Made by a program: the position numbers and the translations under genes. Positions 7,590-9,475 of a stretch of 9,475 bases of DNA are shown here, piece after piece (position 1 is the stretch's first letter; each line of letters opens with the position of its first letter). The notes under the pieces were generated by a model. It was not told the DNA's origin and made no database searches. It saw nothing but the letters and a program-made list of their open reading frames with translations. This stretch comes from Azolla caroliniana (lineage: Eukaryota > Plantae > Polypodiophyta), in NCBI GenBank assembly GCA_043228905.1, contig JBHGNT010001357.1, positions 1-9,475 of the forward strand, given 5' to 3'.

Positions 7590-7601
7590 GCTCTGATACC
7601 A
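7590..7601 (-). promoter_or_regulatory. Primer-binding site of element B (initiator tRNA-Met)
   Basis: GCTCTGATACCA = reverse complement of TGGTATCAGAGC, directly abutting the LTR end ..CCTAACA. Confidence 0.93.
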
Positions 7602-7895
7602 TGTTAGGAAATGAAGTCTGTGGTGATTGCAATGCAACGGAAGGTGAACGTAGGTGTGTGTATGTGTAATAGCATAGAGAGAGAGAGAGAGAGAGAGAGA
7701 GCTCAAAAAATAGAGATAGACAAGAGCGTATATTATATTAACAAAATACATCCAACATTAACTAAGTTGCAATGAGTTGGTTTATATACCAACTAAGCTA
7801 GGGCAAGCGCCCTTTCTACTATTTGCAAAGCTAGCCTGGAATGTCCATGAGCTAGTGTGAACCTATCTATGGGAAGTTGAGTTCGATTCTCAATA
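7602..7895 (-). repeat. 5' LTR of element B (inner end firm; outer end 7895 preferred, 7757 alternative)
   Basis: Ends CCTAACA next to the PBS; TATATAAA on the minus strand at 7781-7788; (CT)13; starts TATTGAG (probably mutated TGTTGAG) exactly where element C coding similarity stops. No partner LTR in the window. Confidence 0.65.
7676..7701 (+). repeat. (AG)13 microsatellite in LTR B
   Basis: Read directly. Confidence 0.93.
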
Positions 7896-9475
7896 GTAGG
7901 CTTTGCATACACCTATAATCTCCTTCTTGGTAAAGGTCCGGAGTCCGATGACGACTCCTTTCAACTACATTCCTTTGAGCTTCCGGAGATTAATGTGGTT
8001 GATTCTTTTGTGTCATAACTCTATGTCGGTGTCGGCTTTATGGCCCTTGGCAACATTGTCGATTTCATCTCGTAAGAATCGAGGATGAACATTTGGCATC
8101 TCTTCGACCACGAGTGATAATTTGGCCTTCCTTTTCAATGAAGCACCCTCCATCGTTGAAGCAAGCTTGCATGCCCTATTCCACAATCTGGCCGACAGAG
8201 ACCATATTCTTCGTTATTGTTAGAACATGCAAGACATTCTTGATGTAGGTCCAGTTGCCCTCTTCGCTGAATGGGACATTACCGACATGCTGAATGGGGC
8301 GAATTGTGTCATCCCCAGTTTCCACATAGCCACGTTGTTCGGACTTTCGTAGCTCTCAGAACCAATCTTCCTGAGACATCATGTGATTGGATGCACCTGA
8401 GTCAACAAACCATACATTTTTTGAACTGGAAGGTGATGGTCGAGCACGATTCCTTCATTGAATTCACTCTATGCCGCATCATAAACATTCTGCCATGATC
8501 GTCATAGTCAGAGTTTGAGGCGTAGTTGGTAAGTTGTCGACTTGTTAACGCTGACTCACTTTTCTTCTTCCAACACTTTGCCTCGTAATGGCCGAATTTG
8601 CCACAGTATCCGCACTGGACAGAGTTGTTTTGTCGGTTGGGTCCACATGATTGCTCCCCCTTCTTCTAGATGTTCCACCTCGCGTGTTTGCAACGTCTTG
8701 TCAATAGTAGAAATTTTGTTCGCGGGGTTGTTCTTGGTTGTGATGACCTTGGCCAAATAAGCCTCTTCTTCCACGACTTTGTCCCCTTCCTCCATCTGAG
8801 TTCGAATAGAGCATGTGTGCTTCTTGCACATTGCTCCTCGTTCAGACATGATTTTCTTCGACCAGTAGCATCGATTGGAGATCGAAGGAGGGAGGATTCT
8901 CCATCGCGAGGACGACCGGCCTTATTGTGCCAAACCGGGGTGCTAGGCCGCCAAGGCATATTTGCACCATTTCATCGTCGTCAATGTTGACATTGATCGA
9001 CCCGAGGGAGCCACACAGCTCCTTGATCTTCAAGGTGTAGTTGCCGATTGTTCAACTCCTAACGGAGTTGAAGTTTTCATGCAGTTAAAATTGGCACGAA
9101 TATCTTTTTGAGATTCCCCAACGCTTCTTTTGGCATATTGACCTCTCGGATGTAGCCGAGCATGTGGTCATGAACGCATGATGCAAGGCAGTACAACACG
9201 TTGTTCAACTCCTAACGGAGTTGAAGTTTTCATGCAGTTAAAATTGGCACGAATATCTTTTTGAGATTCCCCAACGCTTCTTTTGGCATATTGACCTCTC
9301 GGATGTAGCCGAGCATGTGGTCATGAACACATGATGCAAGGCAGTACAACACGCGAATCGTTGCTTATTCCCAAGTTGGGTGGTCGGCATGTGTCGGGTT
9401 GGGTTAATTTTCCTGAGCTCCTTCGATGTAACCCCAATAGCCTTGGCCGACAAGGTATTGGTGCATCTTGTATTC
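7896..9475 (-). pseudogene. Heavily decayed copia gag-pol of element C (same lineage as B): gag, CCHC, protease, GAG-pre-integrase; 5' end beyond the right edge
   Basis: Pieces KIKELCGSLGSINVNIDDDEMVQICLGGLAPRF, CGYCGKFGHYEAKC (8573-8614), WFVDSGASNHM..F*ELRKSEQRGYVETGDD, KNVLHV..KNMVSVGQ, EL*HKRINH..GVCKAY; multiple stops and frameshifts. Confidence 0.9.
9048..9353. repeat. 153-bp tandem duplication in gag of element C
   Basis: 9048-9200 and 9201-9353 are identical except G9176/A9329. Confidence 0.96.

Overview
Land-plant intergenic DNA made almost entirely of nested LTR retrotransposons; I see no host gene. The centre is a young, structurally complete Ty1/copia element ('A', 954-6172, + strand, Tnt1/Tto1-like) with TG..CA LTRs, AGAGA target-site duplication (TSD), tRNA-iMet primer-binding site (PBS) and polypurine tract (PPT). 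Its single gag-pol ORF is broken only by one CAG->TAG stop in RNase H. Element A sits inside a ~0.9 kb solo-LTR-like insert ('S', 331-953 + 6178-6447, TG..CA, 4-bp CCGT/TCGT TSD). S splits the protease region of an older minus-strand copia ('B', <1-330 + 6448-~7895) exactly at FQELR|KPER. B in turn appears inserted in the integrase Zn finger of a more decayed relative ('C', 7896->9475, minus strand), which carries a near-perfect 153-bp tandem duplication. Most notable: the reconstructable four-layer nest, strong CCGG enrichment in A and S, U3 blocks shared by the otherwise different LTRs of A and S, hairpin-dense LTRs with the TATA box at a stem-loop, and a tRNA-like pol III A/B-box relic. All alignments and counts were done by eye.
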